Made by a program: the position numbers and the translations under genes. The notes beneath the pieces are model-generated. The model worked only from the letters and a program-made list of their open reading frames with translations. It made no database searches and was not told where the DNA came from. This document shows positions 40,640-51,858 of a stretch of DNA of 64,000 bases, in pieces; positions within the stretch are counted from its first letter, which is position 1, and each line of letters begins with the position of its first letter. The stretch spans positions 151,871 through 215,870 of IMG/VR virus record IMGVR_UViG_3300018891_000001. The stretch is one strand, 5' to 3'.

Positions 40640-41782
40640 TTACAAATCTAAATCAATATCCGAGAATTGCTGCACCAATTTTTCTTCTTTCTGTTTGTTT
40701 TTGCTTTCTTCTAAAATAAGTAAACGACTAGAACGGTAACGTTCATTATTCGTTTCGTATAAAGGGCTTGACTTATCAAGGCCTTCTAATAATGATTTTG
40801 TTTCCTGAGCAGATACAACCATTGAATAAGAAGGATGTTGTTCATTAAAAATATCAATGGCTAATTGATACTTTTCGATATCTATTGATGCCTGTTCTGC
40901 ATTTAACGCCACAGTTGTTTTTTCTCCTGCAACTAATGAATAAATAGATTGTTGCTCTAAAGAATAATAACGAAATTCAAAACGATTACTGTCGGCTAAA
41001 TCCTCAAACATACGACCTACCAAAAGAATACCGTAAATGTGAACAATAGAACGATTTCTTTCGTAGGTGTACTCCAAAGATTCGAAAGTTCCTACATCTT
41101 GATTTGTTTTTGTATCCCGAATGATTCCAATTCCTTGGTTCCATTGATACGATTTGTTAATATGGGCGTAATACTTTCCTTCATTCCATGAACGATTAAT
41201 AAATTGTTCAAGAAGCATATAGACGGTATCCCGAAATTCCGGCACCTCTTCAAGACGTTGGCTTTTAATTTCATGAATCGCTTTAAAGAGCATTTCCTCA
41301 AATGATTGCAAAGAAAGAGTCGCTATCTCCTCCATATTTAATTTGTCATTTCGAGCCTTTACATAAATCTCATTTTTCTCAGCATCCCCATGCAGCGATA
41401 TATCTATCTTAAATTTTTCAGATCCAATCATATCTTCCAGGTACTCAGCATCCACTACAATTTTATTAACCAAATTAATATCAACATAATCGTTTTCGCC
41501 GGTTTTTGGATTATACACTGGCATTCGCAAACCCTCCCATACTTCTTTGATTATATTTTTAGACGATAATGCTGATGCTTTAGAAAGAATTTCATATACC
41601 CCTTGTGGTATAGCTGAATCGATGCATATAGCAGAATCATGTATTACAGAATTAAAAGGAATTTCTTCAATTTCAAGAGAATCGTTTTCATATTTATCTT
41701 GAATATACCTCTGAAAATATTCCTCCAAAGAATGATTTAAATTTCTTCCTAGTCTACCCCAAGAATCAGAAGAAAAATACAT
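40640..41782 (-). CDS. Hypothetical protein
   Basis: 380-aa ORF in the operon. Confidence 0.65.
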   Translation of the reverse strand: MYFSSDSWGRLGRNLNHSLEEYFQRYIQDKYENDSLEIEEIPFNSVIHDSAICIDSAIPQGVYEILSKASALSSKNIIKEVWEGLRMPVYNPKTGENDYVDINLVNKIVVDAEYLEDMIGSEKFKIDISLHGDAEKNEIYVKARNDKLNMEEIATLSLQSFEEMLFKAIHEIKSQRLEEVPEFRDTVYMLLEQFINRSWNEGKYYAHINKSYQWNQGIGIIRDTKTNQDVGTFESLEYTYERNRSIVHIYGILLVGRMFEDLADSNRFEFRYYSLEQQSIYSLVAGEKTTVALNAEQASIDIEKYQLAIDIFNEQHPSYSMVVSAQETKSLLEGLDKSSPLYETNNERYRSSRLLILEESKNKQKEEKLVQQFSDIDLDL

Positions 41783-41783
41783 G

Positions 41784-42617
41784 TTAGACTTCTCCTATTA
41801 AAGTCATCTCTTTTTGTCGCTGTTCATAGCGAATGGAGCAAGTCTTGTTGCAAAACGATAAATCTGAAGTAAGAATATGTCCACAACATTTGCAGGTACG
41901 AGCATTCTGCATCTGTTGATTGTATTCATCTGCATATAAAAATTTAAGTTCTCCCATACGGATACTTGCAGGACCGAAGATGACACGCTGATTGGAAGAA
42001 CCAATAAACCAACCTTCATGCATATATGCATTGGTTGTTAAACGCTTATCTTGCTGATAATCACCGTCTACAATCATATCTATATAAAGCATGAGCTCCT
42101 TTACATCTTCTGGTGTTAAAATGGTAAATTCTGCTTTCTTAGCAGTAAGTGTCCAATTTGTTGTTATTGCCCGATCAAAGCACTGATAGGAATGAGAATA
42201 CCTTAATAAAGCGTCAAACATGGCCTTTCCATGCTTTTCACGAATCCATGTGAATTTCAACCCATACTTCATCAGAGTATCTAATTTATAAGCAGTGTAC
42301 ATTACAAAATGAAACGTAGGATCGATGTCTTTTAACCGTTTCGCTACTTTTGCAATAGCTCTGGCTTGAAGTATCGGTTCACCTCCACAGAATGTGACTT
42401 GCCGATTCCAAGCCGTTTTTACACATATATCGACTACTTCATCAATAGTCATTTCTCGATATAATCCTTCAAAAGTCCATGTACTCTCATTAAAGCAACC
42501 TTGACAGGGAGAAATGACTCCACGAATACAGCCTTTCGTGAAAAACTCTAACCGTTTTCCCGGCCCAGCTGTCGTTGTATCACGATTTACACCAATAAAA
42601 CGTAAAATATCAGACAT
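41784..42617 (-). CDS. Radical SAM protein (NrdG/activase-like)
   Basis: GPG.R..F..GC..(x7)C..CFN; VTFCGGEP; DMIVDG.Y; GSSNQR. Confidence 0.8.
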   Translation of the reverse strand: MSDILRFIGVNRDTTTAGPGKRLEFFTKGCIRGVISPCQGCFNESTWTFEGLYREMTIDEVVDICVKTAWNRQVTFCGGEPILQARAIAKVAKRLKDIDPTFHFVMYTAYKLDTLMKYGLKFTWIREKHGKAMFDALLRYSHSYQCFDRAITTNWTLTAKKAEFTILTPEDVKELMLYIDMIVDGDYQQDKRLTTNAYMHEGWFIGSSNQRVIFGPASIRMGELKFLYADEYNQQMQNARTCKCCGHILTSDLSFCNKTCSIRYEQRQKEMTLIGEV

Positions 42618-42631
42618 ATTTATTCACCTCA

Positions 42632-42696
42632 TGTAAGGCATTACAATGTAACGCCTTTCATAATGTTAGTATAGTCAAAAACTTGGGGAAATACAA
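42632..42696 (-). promoter_or_regulatory. sigma-A promoter with two downstream operator copies
   Basis: TTGTAT-N17-TATACT; TGTAAGGCATTACA and TGTAACGCCTTTCA. Confidence 0.65.
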
Positions 42697-43289
42697 GGGA
42701 AAAGCCACGAATTTTTGAGAAAAATTTTATTCGTGGCAAAAAAACTTAGAGATTTATCATTCTTCTTCAAGTATTTCTTCTATTTGCTCTAAAATAAAAT
42801 CATACAATTGTGTATCACTCATATGATTAATGTGACGAAATTTAGTTTGGTACCCTGTTTTTTGATCAATTAAAATTAGTTCTACATTTTCTCCATATTC
42901 TTCAATGTCATCGTATGAGATTCCCTTGTGCGGAGGATGCTGCAGTAAAGAACAATTCACAGTGGTTTTGGCTACAATTTGAATAGAAAAGCGTTCATTG
43001 ATGACTTCCCATAATTCATTCATTGTAGCAATGTCACCTTACCTAAACGAAATGACAATTCTTTTTGAACTTCTTTCGCTTTTTCTATTTGAGATTGAAC
43101 ATAATCCCAATTTCGAAGTTTCACTCCATCTTTCGCTCGTGTTAAGCAATCATCTAAAAGAGTCAACAAGTGTTCATTATTAAGATTTTGAAATTTTTTA
43201 TGCATACAAACTCCCTCCTAGAATCTCTTTATATGACATCAATACAATGTATGAAAAGAAAAAGGCTCACATGACTGCGAGCCTTTTTA

Positions 43290-43577
43290 TTATATATGAT
43301 GATAAATCATCTCTTTTTCTTCTTCAGTAATTTCTATGGATTGAAACCCAAATTCGGTTGAAAAAGTCAGCGGCTTTGTTGTGACCATTGTGCCAAAATG
43401 ATTCACAAGTACCCCAGGCTCTACAGTAACTGGTTCACACCAATCTTCTTCATCATGACGAATATCATAGTAAAACAACCCTTCTTGTCGTTCATCTGAA
43501 GGAATCCGCAACGATGTTACATGCACAACCGGAACACCACGAAAATAAAATAATATTGTACGATCGGTGGCAATCAT
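43290..43577 (-). CDS. LPD28-like domain protein
   Basis: YYDIRHD..DW..P..VE..V.VNHFGT. Confidence 0.65.
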   Translation of the reverse strand: MIATDRTILFYFRGVPVVHVTSLRIPSDERQEGLFYYDIRHDEEDWCEPVTVEPGVLVNHFGTMVTTKPLTFSTEFGFQSIEITEEEKEMIYHHI

Positions 43578-43591
43578 GTTATACCTGCTGA

Positions 43592-44281
43592 TTATTTCAT
43601 GGTAATGGACAGCTTTTGTTCTTCCGGGATATATTCGAGGAAATCCGGAAGTCGATTAAAGTATGAATCCGCTAACTCTCGTTCGACTTCTAATCGAATT
43701 TCGCCTTCTCGCTTTTTAGTGATCTTTCCTTTTGGACTTGCGGCAATTTCTTCTTGAATCCGTTTTTGAGCTTCCTGTTCTACTCGATTATGAAAATCAT
43801 TGAGATAAGCATTTTGCAACAGTGTCGTATCTAATTCTGGTGCTTTAAGGAATTTTTCTAATTGACCGTGTTCTTGCAAGAAAGCACGAGCTTTATCTTT
43901 ATCAATGACTTTTACTCTTGGTGCAGAACGACGTAAAGCAGCTGTTCCAATATCCAATGACAATTTTTCACCGTTATTGACTTCCTTTAAATACTTTTCA
44001 ATAAAACGGTTGATATTCTCAATTTCCTTTTCCTTATTTTTAATTTTTGTATTCCAGTCATCAATGATTGCATCCCGAAGAATGATTAAACGTTCAGCTT
44101 CTTTTTCAAGATGTTTCCGGGCTAACATCATTTTTCGGATACGAATTTCATCCATTGGTGTTGGTGTATATCCTTTTTCTTGATTAAACGCCTCCATCAT
44201 CTGTTGCATCAGTTCTGCAACATTAATATCTTTTGCTTCTTCTGCAAAGGCTTCATATAACTTTGGATTGGCTGCTGTCAT
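43592..44281 (-). CDS. Gam-like host-nuclease inhibitor or Gp157-like protein
   Basis: Coiled coil, then KLSL..G....R, and PELD. Confidence 0.55.
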   Translation of the reverse strand: MTAANPKLYEAFAEEAKDINVAELMQQMMEAFNQEKGYTPTPMDEIRIRKMMLARKHLEKEAERLIILRDAIIDDWNTKIKNKEKEIENINRFIEKYLKEVNNGEKLSLDIGTAALRRSAPRVKVIDKDKARAFLQEHGQLEKFLKAPELDTTLLQNAYLNDFHNRVEQEAQKRIQEEIAASPKGKITKKREGEIRLEVERELADSYFNRLPDFLEYIPEEQKLSITMK

Positions 44282-44298
44282 TTTAAATTCCCCCTTGA

Positions 44299-45690
44299 TT
44301 AAGATTCAATGATTTCAGTAGAAACAATATAAGTATTGTCTTCATCAAAGAAAAATTCATCCGTGTGATCATAACCATTCACAATATCCCGGCTAATGAC
44401 CACACCGTCACAAACTATGTCACCATGAACTGTTAATTTATCCACTAAGTCTTCTGGTTGAACTTCTGCATCTTTTAAATTGTAGTACCGTAAAGCGATG
44501 TCTAACACGACACGAAGTTTTTTCTCAGCCATTTGATTCCACTCCTTCTTCTTCGTTTTCCTCTTGATTTTCCGCTAAATCCCCCGGAGGGGTAGAAGAA
44601 AAAGCTCCTTCTGATTTTAAAATACCAATAATGTCGTCAATGATTTCCCATCCTGTCTGAACAGAACTATCTTTAATCCAATCACTACGTTTTTTGACAG
44701 CATCAATATGAGATTCTGTTGGTTCAATTCCATTTTGCTGTAACATAGAGGCAATATCTTCACGATGCCATCTGATAACAGCCACTGTATCTGGATCATT
44801 AGAAATAATTTCATAAGAATGAGATTCTAAGATATTTTCCACTTTACGTAACATTTCACCCCATAATTCCTGATCATCTATTGGAATCCCATAAGAAGAT
44901 AGAGCACTTAAAACTTGAATAGCTACTTGTTGACTCATCATAAAACCTCCTTTAGAATTCACCATTAAAAATAAATTCAATCTGCCCAGAAGACTCATAT
45001 CTTTCTTCCATAAAGCGCACCATTGTATCAATCATTTCTAAAAAGTAAAAATCATGAGTTTGTTGAAATTCTCTTTGTGCTTCATCTAATGGTGAACCGA
45101 AACTTATGGCTTCGCCAATTACATTTCCTTCACTATCATGGTATAAAGTCTGACCTTCATACTGTTGTGGAAGTTCTATAAATTCTTTGAATAACTGATC
45201 AAAATTGCGGCTTTTCAAATATTCTTTTAACGCCGGTACATCATCCATAGTTAATGTCAATGAATCACCATAATCATCATAACTATAAGATCCTAATCCT
45301 AGCTCTTCATAAATTCGACCCTGTTCACTACTTTGACGTGCAAATACATACTTCCATACGTATTCACCATCGCAATAAATATAACGACCCATTTGATTTC
45401 CTCCTTAATTAAGTAATGCATTACTTTATTTCTCTTTCGTGTATTGTAAAATACACATACGTTCCGTAATATATTGATTTATCCTCATGGACTTTCACAT
45501 GAGGATATTGTTTTTGAAAGTGTTCTACATCTTGAATGCTCAATATACAAAGAGGTACGCCTGTTACAGACACACGAGTATTTCCAGACCATCCTTCTTT
45601 TTGTAGTTTTCGAATATTTTCATGCATTTCTTCCACATCATTGTGAAACACTTCAATGACTTCCTTATGACGTTTCTGAACAATCTGCAT
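44299..45690 (-). other. Four hypothetical genes (44299-44532, 44525-44941, 44952-45392, 45421-45690)
   Basis: Packed ORFs with SD. Confidence 0.55.
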
Positions 45691-45745
45691 ATTCCTTCTC
45701 CTTGTTTAACTGAATTATCCATTTTCCACTTCTTTTTGGGTATAT

Positions 45746-46219
45746 TTATCCTTTTTTCGCTCCCTTAACGACGGGTACAATATGTTTTTTATCTTTATCA
45801 ATGGTCATTTCAGTGCGTTCACTAGAAAGTTCTGGGAAATCTCCTTCTAGAAATTCCCGTACTTCTTCTAATGTCATGTTATCTTTTGGAACAGGAATTT
45901 TGTGTCCTGCATAATACACTGTAAATTCTGCGCCAACCGTTTCTATTGTTTTTGCTTTAGATGTTGTTTTTTTGATTTCTGCTTTTGTTTCTTTTTTCTC
46001 TTTTTTACTTGATGATGATTTTTCAGTCTTTTTTGTGGAAACTGGTTGTATATCCCCAAACAAGTCCAATTGTTGATCTTCTTCAGGAACTTCAATATCA
46101 TCATCAATGTCATCTAAATCAGGAGCTTTGGTTTCTTGTGATTCATCCTCCGGCTCTGTTTGATATACCTGGATGTTTTGGTTTTGTTGTTCTTGTTCTT
46201 TTTCAAATTCCATGTTCAT
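45746..46219 (-). CDS. Prokaryotic ubiquitin-like protein (PRTRC protein C-like) with acidic disordered N-terminus
   Basis: MTLEEVREFL...FPEL....; C-terminal GAKKG; adjacent to E2 and E1. Confidence 0.65.
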   Translation of the reverse strand: MNMEFEKEQEQQNQNIQVYQTEPEDESQETKAPDLDDIDDDIEVPEEDQQLDLFGDIQPVSTKKTEKSSSSKKEKKETKAEIKKTTSKAKTIETVGAEFTVYYAGHKIPVPKDNMTLEEVREFLEGDFPELSSERTEMTIDKDKKHIVPVVKGAKKG

Positions 46220-46241
46220 AGTAATACCTCCTAATGATTTA

Positions 46242-46925
46242 CTAATTTATAATTGACTCTGCCCATTCGTGAAAAGTCAAATTCTGAGGGGCAGGACGTA
46301 AAATACTGTAATCAAAAGGTTTTCCTTGTGATTCCTCAAGCAATTGTCGAAGTGGCTTACTGGTTAAATTTACTTGTCTCGGAAAATACAAGTGATCATT
46401 AAATGGCGTATGAAGCCATCGGTGTGGAAAGGTCTGTAGCTGAACTAAATCTTTAACAGTTTCATCACTGTAATAGCACATACGACCATTTTCGTATACG
46501 TTGGAATACGGATAGCGATAAAGCTTAGTATCATCTCGTAAAAAACGGTCTTTGTAAGCAAACACTTGGCGATTAGAAACTCGCTGATTTTTTACCGCAA
46601 AGAAAAACACCAAATTAGGAAACGGAACGTCTTGAAACACGCTTTGATGGTATTGAACAGTCGCTGTTGTTTCCGGATACGAAAGAAATACTAAATGGGA
46701 TTCATCGCTTTTCTTTGCATATTTGACAGTATTTAGAGGCAATGATGGACTAATTAAAATCGGTTTTGCCGGTTCCTCTTTTGGTTCATTGTAATCCTCT
46801 ACCAATGAAGATAATAAAAGTTCTGCTAATTGCTGCAAAGTAAGATGTAACGTTCTTTGTATTCCATTTTCCTCAAGCTCTACTTTAGCTAATTCCAGAT
46901 TATCAAGTGTAATCACTGCTTTCAT
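46242..46925 (-). CDS. Prokaryotic E2 (family D, PRTRC protein B-like)
   Basis: VPFPNLVF; LYRYPYSNVY.NGRMC (candidate catalytic Cys); PFNDHL. Confidence 0.75.
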   Translation of the reverse strand: MKAVITLDNLELAKVELEENGIQRTLHLTLQQLAELLLSSLVEDYNEPKEEPAKPILISPSLPLNTVKYAKKSDESHLVFLSYPETTATVQYHQSVFQDVPFPNLVFFFAVKNQRVSNRQVFAYKDRFLRDDTKLYRYPYSNVYENGRMCYYSDETVKDLVQLQTFPHRWLHTPFNDHLYFPRQVNLTSKPLRQLLEESQGKPFDYSILRPAPQNLTFHEWAESIIN

Positions 46926-47425
46926 AATAATCCCTCCTGCATAGAGGATGATAATGATTCTTGAGTGTTTTGTGTGGCTTTTTGAATATCCTGTTGAATT
47001 TGACTTAAAGCCATCCATAAATTTGACAACAAGCTCGAAAACATAGGGGTGCTATAATATTCAATCGTAAAATATCCGTCTTCTTGCCAATCCCCTTCAA
47101 AATCTTCGTAGTATAAACCTGAAGTTTGAACAGCATTTTTTATGGTTTCTTTTACTTGGGAAACCAGTATTTCTGGTATCATAGTCCAATCAAATAGAAA
47201 AGCAATTTCATAACAATGAGGGGTATCTGGTTCGTTTTTTGCTCGGAAAAAACGAAAACGATGTTCTAATCGTGTGATCGCCCGAAGAAAAAAGTCTTCA
47301 CCATTAATGCTTTGGTGTTTATCTGTTATATAATCTTCTCCAAGGTCATATAGAAATTTCATCATCATGACAACATCAATGGTTTCTGCAATTTCGTATC
47401 GTTCTTCTTCATAAAGAAGACTCAA
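46922..47425 (-). CDS. Hypothetical protein within the E1/E2 cassette
   Basis: Overlapping start and stop codons. Confidence 0.55.
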   Translation of the reverse strand: MSLLYEEERYEIAETIDVVMMMKFLYDLGEDYITDKHQSINGEDFFLRAITRLEHRFRFFRAKNEPDTPHCYEIAFLFDWTMIPEILVSQVKETIKNAVQTSGLYYEDFEGDWQEDGYFTIEYYSTPMFSSLLSNLWMALSQIQQDIQKATQNTQESLSSSMQEGLL

Positions 47426-47763
47426 AAGAATGCAACCTCCCTTCTTACGGTAGGCATCTGGCCTAAGTATTGAATAATATCTTCAATCTGAAACGATTGA
47501 ACCCCAATATGATCCCAATCCTCGTCATAAGCTCCTGCTTCATAGGAAGGCCAATACATCACCATATCTAATATCCATTCCAATTCTTCCTGGGTAACAG
47601 ATTGAAGAAATTCATCTGTAATGTTTTCCCTCCTCATGATTTCTCGGTACAATCGGAGTATGCGATAATTGATTTTACGCTCTTGATCTGAATAACGATT
47701 ATTAGCCGACTGTAAAGATTCCATAAATCTAGAAAAATCAAACCGCTTTTGCTTGTTTTTCAT
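47422..47763 (-). CDS. Hypothetical protein within the E1/E2 cassette
   Basis: Overlapping start and stop codons. Confidence 0.55.
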   Translation of the reverse strand: MKNKQKRFDFSRFMESLQSANNRYSDQERKINYRILRLYREIMRRENITDEFLQSVTQEELEWILDMVMYWPSYEAGAYDEDWDHIGVQSFQIEDIIQYLGQMPTVRREVAFF

Positions 47764-48601
47764 CTGAAGACCACCTCATCATTTGTTGCTCCTCAATATA
47801 CATAGGACGCATTAACATGGTTTGAGCATTGAAATTAACATAGTGTGACATAATCATGGATTCAGACAAAAGCATATTCAAATAACTCATCATTACAAGT
47901 GCAGCAGTTTCATTGGTTTGCATGCGCTGCGGATAATACAAAACTTGTTCTCCACATGCTTGCGTAGGCAAACGAGAATCGGTGTCTTCTAAAATATCCG
48001 GATATACCATTCCTACAGGTTCCAAAATTAATTGAGAATACCATTTGAATCCACATACAACTTGACCGGAGTATCCCATCTTCCGCTGAACCGAAGGAAT
48101 TTCCTCTGGGTTCACGGAGTCAATTCCACTATCGATATAAACAATGGTTGACATTTTTTCAAATAGTTGATGCATAATTTGACGGGTAGCATTATTATCC
48201 ACACACCCCAATAAAACAGGAATGTCCACATAAAAATGGGAACGATGATAAGAAAATAAATCCTGCAATTCCTTTACCTGTTCGATATAAGAAGCCCGAT
48301 AATGGATCGGGATTCCATATGCATTACTGTAACGATTGGCTAACACTTCTACTTTAGGAAGTCCTATATCTTGCTCAATAAAAGGCTGACGGTATACATT
48401 TTTCGGTTCTACCTGATCTCCGTCTACAATGACATAGCGATATGAAAATAATTCATTTTGCTGTGATAAGCTATACAATAATTTGGAAAGGCGTTGCAAT
48501 AAGTAACCTCCATTTCCACCTGTGCCAATTTGAATAATCTCAAAATGAAAATATTTATTTTGAGCAATGCGATCCCGCAATGAAATAACAGGTCGATGCA
48601 T
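47738..48601 (-). CDS. ThiF/E1-like adenylyltransferase (PRTRC type)
   Basis: IGTGGNGG, VDGD.VE.KN..RQ, K...LA, GCVDN..TR, QACG. Confidence 0.88.
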   Translation of the reverse strand: MHRPVISLRDRIAQNKYFHFEIIQIGTGGNGGYLLQRLSKLLYSLSQQNELFSYRYVIVDGDQVEPKNVYRQPFIEQDIGLPKVEVLANRYSNAYGIPIHYRASYIEQVKELQDLFSYHRSHFYVDIPVLLGCVDNNATRQIMHQLFEKMSTIVYIDSGIDSVNPEEIPSVQRKMGYSGQVVCGFKWYSQLILEPVGMVYPDILEDTDSRLPTQACGEQVLYYPQRMQTNETAALVMMSYLNMLLSESMIMSHYVNFNAQTMLMRPMYIEEQQMMRWSSDEKQAKAV

Positions 48602-48613
48602 CCCCTTACCTCC

Positions 48614-49261
48614 TCAGTTGGTTTTCCGATGTGTCTCCCCTTTTCTCTTTCGAATAACAGTTAAGCGTCGTTGAGTTCCTTTTTCTGGACGACCTAATCG
48701 ACGTGCAATCTCACGATAATTCATACCACTTTGCCACCAAAACCAAGCTGCTTCATCTTCCTCCTGTGTCCAATTCGTAGGACGTTTTACCTGTTTTGCT
48801 TTTGTGATTTCTTCATCTAGCCATTTTGGTTCTGGGAGAATGATTCCTCGTTTGATATGTGCAAAATTTACTCGTTCTTTATGTAATTCGATCCATTTCC
48901 ATAAATCATAGGGATCAATGAAATAACGATATCGCTTATCTGATTTTGTTACTTTATGTAATTGTTTGGCTTTTAGACCAAAATGGCAAATCCATTGAAT
49001 CACGGTGCGATGATTGACACCAAGAGCTTCTGCTACTTGTGGAGGAGATAAAAGACCACCTGCAAGATTCATATCTTGAAATCCCATTAATTCTTTATAC
49101 TTTTGATGGATGGCCTCTTTACTGCGTTTTAAATGTCTTATAAGATAGCTCATACTTTTTATTCCATATGATTCCAATAAAAACTCTTTATCCTTATCGC
49201 TCCATATCCTTTTCTGATTGAGATAAGAATGTTTCTTTGACTGCTGCAAGAGATTCACCAA
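48614..49261 (-). CDS. Multi-HTH (Myb-like repeat) DNA-binding protein
   Basis: WSDKDKEFL, VAEALGVNHRTV, WTQEED...YREIARRLGR. Confidence 0.7.
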   Translation of the reverse strand: MVNLLQQSKKHSYLNQKRIWSDKDKEFLLESYGIKSMSYLIRHLKRSKEAIHQKYKELMGFQDMNLAGGLLSPPQVAEALGVNHRTVIQWICHFGLKAKQLHKVTKSDKRYRYFIDPYDLWKWIELHKERVNFAHIKRGIILPEPKWLDEEITKAKQVKRPTNWTQEEDEAAWFWWQSGMNYREIARRLGRPEKGTQRRLTVIRKRKGETHRKTN

Positions 49262-50263
49262 TCCTTTTTTCTACATGCTTCATCATTTCCATTTGTTGAT
49301 ATTGTAATAATTTCTCCATGCTATGATAAATCGTCTTTTCTATATTAAGCATTTCTTGATGCTGCTGAACATGATCTTTTTGAAGTTGGAAAGATTCTAA
49401 TTGAATATCAATATTTTTCTTTGATAGCTCGATATACTCCCGCATCAGTTCATTGTTTTCTTCTTGTGCTTTTGCCATACGATGAATCGCTTTAATTAAG
49501 TCCGGCAATTGTTGATCAAAAAATCGACGACCATATCCTGTATTATGAAATGGAATACTCATCTATTGTCACTCCTTTTTTAATCTTCTAGTACAACTGC
49601 GAAATTAGACATAGATATATTATGTTCGGATGATTTCTCTAAAAGAGAAGGATCTTGAGGGCAAATAGCCTCCCATAAATAATAACGTATATCTATAGAA
49701 CATTGATATTGATCGGCTAAACGTTGAGAAAATTGACAGATATCAGAATGATGGTTTTTAAAAGTATCTAATTTTGAAAACTGTAATTCCCATATGAGTG
49801 TATTTTCCTCAAAATATAAATCAGTTACATGAACACCCGAGATCGCTTTAATAAATTTATTCAATTGCGGTCGAACTTTTCTTATTAAAGCCTTTCCTTC
49901 TAAATTATAGTGAGGAAATAAACCTATTGAAAGTTCTTTCACGCTTTCCTCCAAAGGTTTTTCACCCGATAAGGATTTAATAAGTATATCCATAACCTCA
50001 TAATCCTTCAACTTGGCATCATTAAGAGTCAATGGCATATATTTTCCTCCCTATCCTCGAAGCTTTCGCTGAAATTCATCACTTTCTAAATAATCATAAA
50101 ATTGTTCCTCTAAGTCTTCGATGTCTTGTACAAAGAAAGCAGTTTTGCACACATGCCATCCATCATTCGTGATAACTACCATACAATGTGTTCCTTCATC
50201 TGTCTCACAAACATTTACAACTTCTCCTTTAACAAATAACTTTCTCATTCGATGACCTAACAT
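49194..50263 (-). other. Three hypothetical genes (49194-49562, 49580-50038, 50051-50263)
   Basis: ORFs with SD. Confidence 0.55.
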
Positions 50264-50452
50264 TTTTATTCATCCCTTTCTTTTCTTTTAATGATCATTT
50301 GTTCACGTTCTTTAATAGTCAACAAACAAGCACTATAGGCAGCCAGATACACAATAAAACCTTCTGTCATAGAAGCATGAAAGGTCAACTGAATAAGTGT
50401 AGAAAAAAGAACACCAATTACCGTAGCAAAAACTACATTCATATCAAATCAC

Positions 50453-51016
50453 CTATTTCTTTCCATATGAATCGGAACGTAATGCTTTGAGTTGTTCAAC
50501 AAGGAGTCGATTTTGTTCAAGCAAAGATTGAATAGTTTGGACATAAGACAAAAGGATATTATAATCAAGAGCCACATAATCTTTAGGACAACCTTTAAAG
50601 CTAAAAGGAAGAAAATAATAATCTCTGCCCATTTGCCGAGCTTCTTCCTCCAATTTATCGAGCCATTCCTTCTTGATAGTAATTTGTTTAGAACCTCTTG
50701 CATCAACTGCACCACGCTCCTTATATTCGGCTAATGCAGCCGTTATTTCTTCTTCAGTAATCATATCGCCCAGAGCAAAGTGAAAAGCACCAGATGCCAA
50801 TTGCCGACGAGCCACATCCTTAGCTTTTCGCACTGCTTGGTTATAAGAGCGAGTTCCTCTATTTTCAAATTCCATTCCTTCTTTTGCTTCTTTTCGGCTT
50901 AACGATCTAGATTGTAAAGTTTTGCGTTCTTTTAAAGGCCGATACATATTATAATGAAAGCATTTAAAGCACGATTTTCCTGCATTGCCGCATTCTTGTT
51001 CATATACACAATCCAT
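50453..51016 (-). CDS. PD-(D/E)xK nuclease, Holliday-junction resolvase-like
   Basis: FE...ASGA...GD...EYK...ITIKKEWLDKL..EA. Confidence 0.65.
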   Translation of the reverse strand: MDCVYEQECGNAGKSCFKCFHYNMYRPLKERKTLQSRSLSRKEAKEGMEFENRGTRSYNQAVRKAKDVARRQLASGAFHFALGDMITEEEITAALAEYKERGAVDARGSKQITIKKEWLDKLEEEARQMGRDYYFLPFSFKGCPKDYVALDYNILLSYVQTIQSLLEQNRLLVEQLKALRSDSYGKK

Positions 51017-51107
51017 CAATGTTCCTACTCTCTTGTCAAATTATTGTTGTTGTAATGCCTTTCTAAAAGAAAGAAGGAGACACCAAATTCTCCTTCGTGC
51101 CTCCTTC

Positions 51108-51847
51108 TTAATAAGAAACAATACTCTTTTCAATATTTAGCAACGAATTGCTAGTAATTTTCGCTGATGCTTTTGCTTCCAAAGATTTCACCGTTGCTTC
51201 TAATGCATAGTAATATCCTAAAAATCGATCTTCTAAATCAAATAAGTTAACTGTAGGCGAATGATAAAAATCTGGTGCCGGATAATTTCGGGCATACTGA
51301 ATACCCGCTGCACGACGAGCTTGTTCATTAGGCCCTTTATAGTAATCTTCTAGAACGTTTTTAATCAACCGCTGAATTGCATCTTTGTTTCGTCGTGCCC
51401 GACCAAAGTCATACAACGCTTTGGTGTATTCTTCTTCAACACGAACATTGAAATGATGCAAAGCTGTCTTATCCACTGACGGCACTTTTAAAGATCGATT
51501 CATTTGCTCATACTCATCAATTAAGATATCCCAACGTGTAAAATCTTCTTGTAGCAAGCGTTCCAAAACATTCATACACATTCACGCTCGCAATAAAGAG
51601 ACAACGAAGTAGTATCATATTCATCACAAAGTCGCTGGATTTTGTTAGCATAAACATGCATAATTGAACGAGCTAATACTGGAGCTAGTTCTGGAAAAGC
51701 AGTAATGCGAAGAAGAAGCTCATCCCTGACCTCTTTCTTCGCTTCTTCATTCCAAAACTCTTCATGCTCTACAAATCGAATCAATCTCGCCGCCATATAG
51801 TCTGATTGTTTTGCAATGCCCGCATTGTATAGTGACAAGAATGACAA
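51108..51847 (-). other. Two hypothetical genes (51108-51575, 51572-51847)
   Basis: Coupled ORFs. Confidence 0.55.
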
Positions 51848-51858
51848 CCCCTTTTTTC

